NCBI GenBank assembly: GCA_043228905.1
Contig: JBHGNT010000005.1
Span: 3,782,001-3,846,000 of the forward strand
Reading direction: 5' to 3'
Source: Azolla caroliniana
Taxonomy: Eukaryota; Plantae; Polypodiophyta
DNA: 64,000 nt
The translations under genes were made by a program, and so were the position numbers. The notes below the pieces were generated by a model. That model searched no databases, was not told where the DNA came from, and saw nothing but the letters and a program-made list of their open reading frames with translations. Shown piece after piece: positions 12,778-25,800 of the stretch (within the stretch, counting starts at the first letter, position 1; each line of letters begins with the position of its first letter).

Positions 12778-15700
12778 ATGGCGTCTCCCCTTCCCTCTCC
12801 TCGATTACAGTACGCGATCCTCGCCTCGATCATGTTCTTTGCGTTCTTCATCCGCCTCTTGGTCTCTCTTCACCCTTACTCAGGCAATTCATTCTCTCTC
12901 TCTCTCTCTCCCTCTACCTCTTTCTCTAGATTGGAAGCTTAGATGTCACAAGGAAAAAGACGATTTTTTGTTTTTTCTGTTTTCTGTCGATGGTATGTAC
13001 GTTGCTAATCGAAACTTCAGACTTCGCAAAGAAAGACGCTTATGGCAATTGTTGGTCGAGCATACGGAAACCTCAGATTTCATAAGTCGGAACGTGTTAA
13101 CACGTTCGTGTGTGTTTCTGTGATACGTGTTCAGGAAAATGATGGAAATTACACAGAAACACACAGAAATGTTCAACATCGACAGTCTTGCAGAAACTAA
13201 GATTTCTATCAGCAAATGCTTTACATTGTTTTCTTCTGATAACTATGGTTTCTCCATCAGCAACATACAGATACACTACCTTTATTTTACTTGTGAAGAC
13301 TGAGTCTATTGACATGAGCAACCTACAGAAACTTCTAATCCTGCCTTTGAAAACTGATGTTTTTTTTCCAATGCAATAGGAGCATACAGAAATGTTTAGC
13401 ATTTGTCTTCTTGGTAAAGCTGTGTTTTTTTCCATAAGCTAGAAAAATACAGAAACGTTTACCATTTGTCTTTGAAGGTGCTGGCACACCTCCACGTTTT
13501 GGAGACTATGAAGCCCAGAGGCATTGGATGGAGATCACGCTTCACACTCCTGTGAGAGAATGGTATGTGAATACAAGCGACAATGATTTGCGGTATTGGG
13601 GTCTGGACTACCCTCCACTCACTGCTTATCAAAGTTTACTACATGGGATTGCCTTGAACGCCATGGATCCTCAGTCCGTGGCTTTGCATACATCTCGTGG
13701 TTATGAAACTCCATCCAGGTATGTGTAATTCTTATGCTTGCAGTCAAATGGTCATTATTATATATAGTGAGTTGCACTTAAGTTAGTATGCTTTTGTACC
13801 TTTCTTTGTTCAGCAGTGTGCTCAGAAACTTGATGGGATCATTTTGCCAACATAGTCCTACATTTGAACTGCAGTTTCCCGCGTGTTAAAGTCTTCTTAA
13901 TAGATCTCTACCCATTGCCTTTTGCATAACTCACTAAACATAACAGGTTTAACAACATTGCAGGACATTGTAGTAACATTACAGGAAGGTGCTCATAATG
14001 TCTATAAATTGCTGATCGATCTTCAGTAATAGATATATTCATATGGAGATGTGGCGATGATCAATGGATGCACACATTGGGCTCGATAAGAAGTATTGAT
14101 GAAATGATGAGCTTATATTCAATACAGTTGATCAAAATGCAGCATCAGCTAGATCAATACAGATACTGAATGTGGGGATTTTTCATCTGTGCCATTAAGA
14201 AAATAGAAGTTTTGTGCATAATGTCTATATATTACCGATCACACTTCAGTGATAGATATATTCATATGGACATGTGGGGATGATCAATGGATGCACAAAT
14301 TGGGCTTGATAAAAAGTATTGATACAATGATTTCTGTCAAACAAACTATTGGAAATGATGAGCTTATATTCAGTATAGTCAATCAAAATGCAGCATCAAC
14401 TAGATCAATACAGATACTGAATGTGGGGATTTTTCATCCGTGCCATTGAGAAAATAGAAGTTTAGTGCATAAAATGTTGTGTATCCATGGAATGGCACTG
14501 GAAAAATTAAGTATCAGAAGGTATTTGTGTTTTTTCCCTTAAATCATGCCTAGATGGCTGGATATGTTTTGAAACCTGAGAAGAAATGCAACGTGCATCA
14601 AGTCGACTTTAAGTGTGCTAAACTAGATGACTGCTGAATATACAAATCTTTACTATGAGAAGGCCACTTTTTGTTAGTGTACTAATTTTTCCACATCAGT
14701 GAAATTTGTTACATCTTTAGCATACTTTGGGAATCAGGATAACCTGTGTTGTTTCTTTTGCTTTCTCCTCTCTAGACTTCTAAAAGTACTACTACACTTT
14801 CAATTCAATTTTAATTTCCCAGATTCAGGTGATTTACACACATACTGACATGGTCATCTATTTTTATGTGAAAGACTTGGTATTGGATGTACGAGAAATG
14901 CATCCCTTCATGTAAAAGTTAGAAGCCAGTATCCAACTTTGTCATGTATAGAGTGTTCAATCCTAATGCAATGTTTTTGATTTGAAACATATCTGGTGGA
15001 AATCTCTGTCTACTTCAGAGCTTGGCATCTGAAGTATTGATCCTGTTAAAAGCTGTTCACCGAACCCCAAAATTCTTATAGATATTTGCATTCAAATGTA
15101 AGTGATGAATTGTGACTTTATGATAATGGACTTGGTCATTTATAGGGCATTCAATCATAATAGCATGATTGTCACTTGGAACCATTCTGATGGAAACCTA
15201 TGTTTACTTGAGAGCTTGCCATCTCAAAGTATCTGATCTTGATAAAACCTGTTTGCCAAACCCCAAAATTTTTAGAGACATTTGCATTCAAGTTTTAGTA
15301 ATGTATTGTGATCCTTATGATAATTGTAGCAAGATTTTGATGCGTTGGACCGTTCTATCATCAGATGCATTGATATTTTTCCCTGCCGTTTTTGCGTTTG
15401 CTGCCATTTATTATGTTGGAAGGGAATTCAATGAGTTCGCGTGGGGTCTAATGATGATTATGCTTCAGCCAGGGCTTATTTTGATAGACCATGGACATTT
15501 TCAGGTGATGCATATCCATTTCCAGTCAAAGAGATTCTTGCTATTTGTTTCTAGAAACTGATGATGTCCTCTTTTGTACACCAGTTTAATTGCATAAGTT
15601 TAGGTTTTACAGTGGGAGCAGTGGCTGCCATTTGTTTGCAAAGAGATTATTTGGCATCTACACTTTTCTGCCTTGCTCTCAACCATAAGCAGGTATGACA

Positions 15701-17280
15701 TGAGTATTACACTGACAGAGTTTTTGCATAAGTTTCTATATTTTTCTGATAATGATGCTCCCTTACGGTCGTAGATGAGTGCTTATTATGCTCCTGCATT
15801 CTTCGCTTACTTACTGGGAAAATCCCTACGCGAGCCTTACCCGTTCCTTAAAATCTTCAAGCTTGGGGCGGTGGTTATTTTCACATTTGTATGTTGTTGG
15901 TGGCCATTTCTTTACACAAGGGAAGCGGCATTTGAGGTGAGTGTTTGATATTTGAAGATGGCGTATGCTATTTTGAGTCCCAATTATAGGTTGTTCCAAT
16001 GTGAAGACTCCACAATTCCCTAATTTTCTTTTATTTTCTCAAATGACCATGAGTTCTCTTATTCCTCAAATGCCTTTCATTGACCCCCCCAAAAAAGAAA
16101 AAGAGAAATAGAAGATGAATCGACAACATCGTTGGTGAAACATCATATATAATGGAGAAAAAAGGGCATTCAGATGCTATAAAAGATGGCTTATGCTATT
16201 TTGAGTGCCGATTATAGGTTGTTCCAAGGGGAAAACTCCACAATTTCCTGAATATTATTTTCTTTTCTCAAATGTCCATGAGCTCTCTTATTCCTCAAAT
16301 GCCTTTCCTTGATCCCTGAGAAAGAGAAATACAAATAGAAATTGACAATATCATTGGTGAAATAGCATATATCAAGAGTATTTGGGGAAATAATGAAAAG
16401 TCATTGAGCATTTGGGAAAATAAGTGAAAACCTACAGCTATTTCAGAGTTCCCCCTCCTAATATCATTGTGGATACAGGTATTATCTCGGTTGGCACCAT
16501 TGCAGCGAGGGATCTTTGAGGACTACGTGGCTAACTTTTGGTGTGCAACGTCATTGTTTATCAAATGGAAGCTTATATTCTCTGCAACATTGTTAGCTCG
16601 TCTTGCAGTTGTGGCAACATTAACTGCATTCATACCTTCAGTAATCCAACAGATAAAAGCTCCTAGCTACCATGGCTTTCTCCTTGCCATGTTTAATTCT
16701 TCTCTTGCATTTTATCTCTTCTCATATCAAGGTATGTCTTGGAAATAGAAATCAAGTTATTTGGTAATTGAGAAGTATGTCATGTCTGGATCTTGATGAC
16801 AAATACAAACTTGCTGATGCTGCAGTTCATGAGAAATCAATTTTGCTGCCTATGCTTCCTGCAAGCCTTCTTCTATTGGAGGATCATTTGCTTTACAAAG
16901 GGGTATTTTTGTGTGCAATGTTCTCTATGTTCCCCCTACTTCGTAGAGATGGATTAGTGATACCATATTTTGCATTATTTGTTCTTTATCTCTTGATGTT
17001 TGAGGTCACTTCTCCAGCCAAAACTGTATCAACTACGAAAGAGATGAATTTGAAGTTCCCACTCAGCCTTCTGAATAAGGGGCTTCTTATCATTGGTTCA
17101 GTGTTGGTCTTGGGTTATCTAATTTTGCATCCTCCAGCAAGGTATCCTTTCCTATTTGAGGCTTTAATATCTGCCCTAGTGTTTATTTTCCTCATTATTC
17201 TTGCTATTTATTCAAATTTAAAGCAATGGTCATCATCTTTTAGTAATCGAGATCTCGTTGGCAAGAAAAAATTGCATTAA
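12778..17280 (+). CDS. ALG6: Dolichyl pyrophosphate Man9GlcNAc2 alpha-1,3-glucosyltransferase (499 aa)
   Basis: Exons 12778-12883 (GC donor), 13478-13718, 15330-15504, 15585-15692, 15775-15936, 16479-16731, 16826-17280 sum to 1500 nt in frame. Motifs [77 protein letters not shown]; C-terminal dilysine ER-retrieval-like KKKLH. Confidence 0.95.
13990..14475. repeat. Imperfect tandem duplication (~220-255 bp units) in ALG6 intron 2
   Basis: gtgc(t)cataatgtctata..gatagatatattcatatgga..tagatcaatacagatactgaatgtggggatttttcatc..aaaatagaagttt occurs twice. Confidence 0.85.
15955..16375. repeat. Imperfect tandem duplication (~230 bp) in ALG6 intron 5
   Basis: aagatggc(g/t)tatgctattttgagt..attataggttgttccaa..ctcttattcctcaaatgcctttc is repeated at ~15955 and ~16183. 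Confidence 0.85.
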
Positions 17281-19719
17281 GTTGTGCTTTACAACGAATG
17301 AAAATCTTCCCAACAATTTTGTAAATGTAAACTCATGCGCCAATCCTGGGATTATGATAACCTTTTTCAAGTCAAAAATTAAGAGTTGTATCTTGAAGTG
17401 AAATGCTCCATTCTGTAGGTGTTTGGATTTATTTATTCTTGTCTAATAAAAATAGCTCTAAAAGGCCACTTCACTGGTTTTAGTATGCTGATTTGTTAAA
17501 AAGAAAATTCTAGTGGAATATCTGTGAAAAGACAGTGACATGGAGGTGATGAGAATAGATGACATTCAGGTGTGTGTTGGTTTCTCTTCCACAATGGAAA
17601 AACATTTCTGGGAAGAGCTTAGTACTTCAGCCAATGAAAGATGCTACCATTCAGATGTGCAAGTTTCTTCTGAAAAATAACATTTATGGGAAGAGCGTGA
17701 TACTTGAGCCACATTACATGCTTATTGATAAAAGAAAAGCATACCTGGACAGAAAACATTTATGAGAAAAGCTTGATAGCTGAGTCATGCCTTATATTTG
17801 GATAAAAGAACATACCTGTGCAGCGTTTTAACACTTAAAGTCTTGTATTTGGCATAAGCGGCAAAGAAATTGCAATGCTTTGCTAAAAGGGAAAATTACT
17901 AAAATATGTTTATGTGAAAATTCAAGTATGCTCGCTATTTTTTAAATTGACTTATGTACGATTGGTCAAAGTATAACTGGAAGTCAAATGAAAATAGTTA
18001 AAACCTCTCTGGAGTCACAGTGTTATCTGGCTCCTGTAATAATAAGGGTTTCAACAATCATAGTGATGTGAAAAAAAGTTGGCCCTAAAAAATATCTCAC
18101 ATATATGGTAATACTAACTTGAGTAGTGTATGGTCTATCAAGACAATGGTGAAATATATAACTTCTATTGTTTGTGGTAATGGAACAACATTGTTGAAAA
18201 ATGCTCAATGAATATGATGATTGCATTTAAGTGCATTGATTGCAATATTATTTATGAACTGAATCATCTATGGCCATCAAGAAAGCCATGCATTCCACAA
18301 CAAAGAATGTCATAAACATATTCCTTGTTATTGATGCCAACCCCAATTGTTTTTGTTCAACAGCCATATACTTTAAAGGTTGTGGTATTTGTTCTATTGC
18401 ATCAATTTTTTCACACCATTATTATTTCAACTTGGAACTAGGAAACATTGATTTATACTTGGTGTCTCTCATATAATAGATTATTCAAATAGACATGTAG
18501 GTTGATAACCATGCATTGGTGATAGTTGGGTTGAGAGATCATTGATGATGGAGGGCAAGCATAAACAAGAGAATGTTGGTGACGATGAAGTTCGGCCAAT
18601 GAGCAAAGGTGAGATTAATGGATGGCATAGATATGGATAAAGGTAATATAACATGTGTCCTAATAAACAAGGTTTGAACTAGTCATTATAATTGCAATTA
18701 GGATTGAAAATACAACATTTTAGGATTTGAAAAATATGGTTTTTGTTATAGAACTAATTTTCCACATAACTAAGATCATGGGATACTAATATTACTAATA
18801 AATTCCAAATAATTGAAATCATGGTATAATGAAAAACTTTATTCTTATTAAAAACATAATAGAAATTATTGAAATCATGGCATACAAAATACTATAAAAA
18901 TATTGACAATACGTTTTGGGATCTATTTAAATTATACAATTAGTGTCAATGAAAGTGAGACAAAAGGATGGAGCTCGAAGGTCCATTGCCAATTAGTTTG
19001 GACTTACTCCCAAATACATTTATTAGCTTGAGCATTAAAGAGAGGCATGCATATTTCAAGTAAACTGGTTGAAGCCCAATGATATGTTTTGGTTCACATC
19101 GTTAATTTATCGAGGCATAGCAACATGTTTTTATGCACATGAAGGCATATATGACATATTTTGGTGCACATAATTAGATGGCTAAGGCATAACGATTGCG
19201 TTGATGTACATAATTCATTGATCTAGTCATAATGACATTTTTTTGTGCATGTAATTAGATGGCTAAGGCATAACGATTGTGTTGATGTACATAATTAGTT
19301 GATCTAGTCATAATGACATTTTTTTGTGCATGTAATTAAATGTCTAAGGCATACCACCATGTTGTGATGAACGTAGTTAACTAATAGAACCATAGTGACA
19401 TGTTTCAATGCATGTGATTGATTGGTTTGGGCTCAAGGACATAGTTTTACTGCCTTCCGCCTAGAGTATTAAATTCTTTGAAAAGGCTAAGTTGTTGAGA
19501 AAGTACATTATTTTCAATATTAAAGCTTACATTTGTGAACAAATTGTATGAGAAAAGATGAGTTTAAACATCAAACTCATGCCAAGTAGAAGCTAGAAAA
19601 ATGCAAGAAACAAAATAGCATTATAAAACCAGAAACTATTTTAGCTTTGACGTTTAAACCTTCAACCTTGACGGTACCTATTTTGTGAAATGAGATATCT
19701 AATTTGATACAAAAGTTTT

Positions 19720-19791
19720 GTTTTTCCAAAAAAAAACTCCTTCCATTAGTTATAAAATTTTACAAATGAGATGATTATGTACAAATCCCTG
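19720..19791 (-). mobile_element. 72-bp extreme 5'-truncated LINE insertion with 17-bp TSD
   Basis: Matches the 3' end of the LINE at 7769-7842. Flanked by tttgatacaaaagtttt at 19703-19719 and 19792-19808. Confidence 0.85.
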
Positions 19792-22700
19792 TTTGATACA
19801 AAAGTTTTAAGTTTGCATCTCGAAAGTTTGGCTTCATATTAGAGAATAAAAATTGAAGTATGTTCTAGGGAGATCTTAAATGAGATGAATTAAATGAACA
19901 TTGAATCAACATCTTGATCTTCAAAGTCAAGCGTTCTTATGCAAAACATCAACAATACTCTAGGGCCCAATGCTACTTTTAGATTCCATACAAATCTCAT
20001 CATCTTTGTATGCAATTCAAGGACAACGATAATCTTATGGTGGTCCAATTATTACCATGTTTGTAAATTTGCACTCATTTGTAATTTAAACAATGGAATC
20101 TCCTTCGCAAACATTGAATTTCAAGGCTAACTTGTAACAATATGTTCAAACAATGTTAATTTCGACACAATGGATATTCTTTTGTCCTAAAATGTTCGAT
20201 ACTCAACTTATTTTCAACAACTCTCTTCTATGCATTGTTTTTTATGAAACAATATCTAATTAGGGGAACATGTAGCGTTGTATCTTGTGCTAGAAATAGT
20301 TTATTCGACCAAAAGGTAATAAAACTTCATTTTAACTCATGGAAATGATTGATAAACATAAAACCCATTAGGTTTGACTCTAACACCTAAAGGGCGTACA
20401 CATATTTAGTGTTGAAATAAAATATTTTGGTATCTTGGGACTTATATCACTTTTAAAAGAGGACATGTACGGAACTTTATGTTTTAAATAAGGTTAATTG
20501 TAGATGAAATTTTATCCCTTCCTTCCCTTAGACCATTGTAATGGGCAGCACATTCTCTAGTAATGGGTGCATGGTGCGTGGGACCCTTTTACAATCGAAT
20601 GGAAAAGTTTTTTCACTATTCTTCTAAAATCTCCATGCGCATTGTCGCATGGGATATTAATATATGTTATCATAACCTCTAACTAAAGCTACATGGATTT
20701 GGTTTGATTTAACGCTCTGTTCTAGGTAAGGCTAAATGGAACCTTGTAGTTCACCTTATTTAGAGATGTATTGATTGTATCTTTCAGCTGATCGAGTTTC
20801 ACTATGAAGCATTACTTTTTATTGGATTTTATGCAGAAAGACCATCTAATAAAGTCAACATTGCTTGCATATTTTGCTATATGTGTAAGTAAGGTCTAAG
20901 TTCAATTGGATCGGGATGGTTTTCTGTACTTTGAAGTTGTTTGGTCAATGGTAATGTGCACACATTCATATAGCATGTTTTGGGATAATGGCAAGAAATT
21001 CAAACACCTTTTAGTTCTAATGTGTTGTTCAAAAAATGAATTGATGTGATTCAAATCCCAAGTTATAAGATAAGAATGGAAGAATGCATATTCGCTTCTT
21101 AGAGTACTGATCAATTGGATAATCCCAACCTAAAAGTTAGATTAAATATTATACACCACCGTTGAACTTTCACATTTGCATTGTTAATCAATGAGCACTG
21201 TTAGGTGCAAAAGAGTTACCTTTGTATTTTTTAAAGCGTCATTTTATAAAGTTAAATTTAATCTTTACTTGATTACATCACATATATTATTAAGCTAAGA
21301 TAACACACCATACAAATAGTTATAGAAATGATTCTTTTCACAATGTTCATTCAACACTAGACTACTAACGATACTTTTGTTATTACGAGTAATACACTAA
21401 AACAATTGCAAGGGGATCTCCTAGCATGTATGACAAACACCGACATCTCATCTCTTTAATCGTGATGGTAGACATGGCAATCACATATTAGTCAATGAGA
21501 TAGTCGAGTCAACTATTTGGAGAGTTGAGGTCATAAATTCGATATACCGATATGACATGTAGTTTAGGAAGTGATATGCAGTGTAGCAAAGATGTGTGAA
21601 AGTAAGGAACACATGATCTTGTTCTAATAGCCTGATATGTTACAACTTACCACCAAGGTAAAAAGAAATAATAGAGGAGACGATGATAGTTAAAAATTCT
21701 AGGGATCCAAAATGAGCATTAAAAGAAAGTCTACTTTAGTTGTTGCAAAGGGTGTAGTCACATGTGGCTCATGTACCTTCCTTAAGGTCACACATATATG
21801 TTGGTAGAGTGCATAGAAAGATTTGCCTAAGAGGCGAGGGTTGAGTGTTTGGACTAGGAAAAATTGCATAACATTGTTGCATGTGGTAATTGATGGTGGT
21901 TGTGGATTATTCACATTGTAGTGTGAAATGCACTTGATTAGAATAACTTTGTAGATGAAGTAAACTTGTTCCAGATAGTATTTCCAACCTCCATTCTCAA
22001 ATTCAAGATTGTGACTATGGATGTGGAGGAGGGCGATTTTCCTTCTTGTGTTAAATATCAAGGGGGATGAGAAGATGTGTGGTTGGGTCTCATGTGTTCC
22101 ATCATTTCGTGAAGAGGGAGATGCTACTAACATGAGCTCCTAACTAATGGTAAAAACATGAAGGGTTATTGTATCATCATTTAGTTTTAATGTGTACACC
22201 TCTTCGAAGAAGAGAGAAAGAAAAAGAAGTGCTTAGAATGGTTAGGCTAGCAAGAAATAAGAAAGAGTGCTATGACTCTAGATTCATACTTGTCGAATGT
22301 TGGAAAAGGGTGCCCATGTGGTGGCAAATAATCAAAGATCGAAAGCAGTTTAGGTACGGATCTACAAACAACGATGATGGAGAAGCCACACAACGGGGCA
22401 AGAGTATTATCGGGGAAGCCCACTCCACACAATCAAACAATGTATATTGCTGCATTGCCAAGAGAGATAGCGTGCGAGTCCGACCTCATGCTGGTGGTCA
22501 TGAGAAAGATAGACGAGAAAAGCTGGGAAATGGAGCGAGGTGATGACTTAATTGCGACAATTCTGGGAAGTGCAGATGGGAAAGGTTCTATTTGTCGATG
22601 TAAATCACGACATACACATAGATGGATGACCCGCAAACTTGTGAATATGTAAACGAGAGACAAGCCGATAAGGGCACACGCACACCCGCATATGTACATA

Positions 22701-22881
22701 TATGTCACAACCCTCACTCTGGGTCTCTCTCTCTCTCTCTCACACACACACAATTATAACTTATAAGCATTAGACTATGGTCCTAGCTTTATTGTCAAAC
22801 TGCTCTGTTCTTCTCTCACTCTCTCACCTACATAGTCAAGTAATGTAGCAATTGAGCTCAAGCTAGAAGATCCTTCTGAAG

Positions 22882-25800
22882 ATGAATCATCCAAGATCGA
22901 TTCTCCTCCTCCATCTTTTCTTCTTCTTCTTCTTCTCCTTCAAGGCTCAATTCCTGACAACATCTGCCCAACCATTAGGTTGCCATGACTCAAACAGAGT
23001 ATGCTCTGCCTACCTCTACTACAACCTCAGCTTCAACCAATCTCGAGCTGATGTGGCATCTCTCTTCACCGTCGATCTCTCGGACATCACCCCTGACCCT
23101 GCACGAAAGACCAACACCCAAGATTCCTCCCAAGGACTCTTCATTAGGGTGAATTGCTCTTGTTTAATCCCATCCTTTTCATACTTTGCCAATTCCTCGT
23201 ATCTCGCTGCCCAGGAAATGTCCTCCTCGGACATTGTGTCAGGTCCTTACGAGAATCTAGCTTGGGCCCAAGATTATAATAATACATCAATGAATTCGAC
23301 GAATGGCATTGTGCTGAAAGGAGCTAATGTGCCTATTAGTCTCCTTTGTGGATGTCTTGATAATACCCGGGATTTTGGGTTTTTGCTTAGTTATGTTGTA
23401 AAACCGAATGACACGCTCTCGGGGCTAGTGACAAGGTTTGGTTCCTCCATCTCTTCAATTGTTACACTCAACAACATTAGTAACGAGAATGTGCTCAACG
23501 AAAATCGTGTTTACTACTTACCCATCAACATATGTGAGTTTTTTCCCTTGTCCTATTTCTTCCAATTCAATATATGTGATTTTTGTTTTCAGCTTTTGTT
23601 TTGCTTGCACACACATAACGTCACTTAGGAGTAATTATTCAAAAACTTCAATTTGTGCTTTATAAAAACTGTGTTTTTATTTGTAGATCATCAACATTGC
23701 TAGAGTTTTACTCCATGCCTACTATGTACATGCATGAATTGTTTTGGGTGCTATTTGCACACATGTAACCTTAAATAGGAGTGGATCTCAAACAAGTTTA
23801 ATCACGAGAATGTGCTTTATGAAAGTAGTGTCTGCCATGTACCCATCAACATATGTGAGTTTTTTTTGGTATTGTCATCTGCATGCATATAACCTTAATC
23901 GGGAGTAAAAATGTTCAGTCTATGGACAACATTAATAACTAGAAATTTCCTTCACAAAAGCTGTGTTTAATATGTGCCCATGAACATGTGAGAGTTTTTC
24001 CCATATCTAATATGTTCTAATTCAACATAATGTGAGTTTTTCCCATATCTAATGTGTTCTTATTCACCATAATGCGTGAGTGTATTTGGGTGTTTTTTTC
24101 ATATGTAATTATTGATATGGAGGTCTGCCCGAGATAGGCTGATTGGCATGGTTATAGACACATGTATAACCTTGATTAAGGGTCGATAATAAGGCTGGGG
24201 AAAGACCTACTAGGGTCTTTGGTGCATCTCTCGTAACTTGGAGGAGAATGATATAAGCTTCAATAGAGACGAAGTTTGAATAGAATAGGAGTATGCAAAA
24301 CCTTTAACATGTTCAGGTTATAACCATAACTTATCCAGAATCTACCTGAACAATGCCATCCATATAGTAATGGGCCTAGATATCTCTATCCTCAATATTT
24401 AATTTAAATTCCAACTAAGCTTGTGTGTCTGCTTAGAGATTTTTTTTTGAGCCTATCACTTGTTTGCAAAATTGAATCAAAAGAAATTTGTTATGTTCCC
24501 CCCTTTTTTGTTGTTCTTATCGAAGTTACTTCATTTGCAGCTCAACTCACTGAACCTGCAAGTGTTCCTGTGAGCTTACCACCTACTGCATCCCTCACAA
24601 TAGGTACTTCGTTCTTATTCTGATTCTCTCACTTTCATGGTGTGTTGATCAATATGTTATGATCTTATTGTTCTTTCTCATCTTTATATATATGTTTTGT
24701 GCGTTTCTATGCATGTATGCTCTTTGAATGAATGCATATCTGCAGACATGAGCTTCTGTATGTTTGTATACGGATGTCTGGATGTATATATGCAGGCAGA
24801 CATATATGCATACATGAACTTATGTATGTATAGTATTACCAAAACATGTAAGTATTTATTTATGAATGTTGGAAGCAATGCATGTGCATAATATGTTTAT
24901 CTTCTTTTTGGCATTTTCTGTATACTTATGGTCACATGACCTCATGCTTTTCTTATGAATAAAATGCGCATTATGAAAACAAAAATCCCAAAAAGAGAGT
25001 GAAAGCTTTTCCTTGCAGATTCCTCTTCTAGCAGTAGCAATGGTTTTCCACTCAAAATGGTTCTTGGTATAGTTGGAGGAACATGTGTATTGCTTCTGAT
25101 CGCTTTTGGAGTAATTTTGTTGGCTCGTAAGTATGTTGTTAGGCGGCATGCCAAGCTTGCACGTGATATCAAAAGCATTCCAAGTAGAAATGATGCACAA
25201 CAGTGGTCTTTATGTGGATCAAATAACTTAAATGTGCTGGAATTATGTCTCAATGGGAGTTCAACGGTAAACAAAAGTTTGAAAGGGCCAACAACAGTTT
25301 CTCGAGGCAAGTTTATCTGAAATTAATGCTCTTGTCTTGGAAGTTTTAGGGCATTCATGACACGTAAAGAATAGAAATAATGCGCTGATCATATGCTTTT
25401 CTTGAACAGAAATAATGAATGTTAACATGAGTGCCGAGAAGCCAGTTGTGTATGCTTATGAGGAGGTACAAAATGCGACAGAAAATTTTAAGGAGTCAAA
25501 CATACTTGGACAAGGAGCATTCGGCACGGTCTACTATGGGGTGCTGAGAGATCAGGTAAGATTCATTTTTTTGATCAAAAGTGGAACTTGGATGTCAAAC
25601 TAAGATTTTCTATACGATGCACATCACATAATTTGAAATACTCAACTAGGTTTTGGGGTCACACAAGTTTTTGTACTTTATAGAGCTTTACGAACTTAAT
25701 TTTCATTGAGAACTTTGACCTTATCCTCCTTGGTGGACTACTTTATAATGGCATATTTCTCTTTATTATCAATGATATGTAGTCTCTTATAAGGGCAACT

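Noticed and set aside
12617-13123. 168-aa ORF with QTQTQT repeat
   Set aside because: Arises from (ACAGAC)n and (CT)n microsatellites and overlaps ALG6 exon 1 in a different frame.
21699-22753. Cluster of 60-144 aa ORFs upstream of the LysM-RLK
   Set aside because: No recognisable domain; probably decayed repeat DNA.
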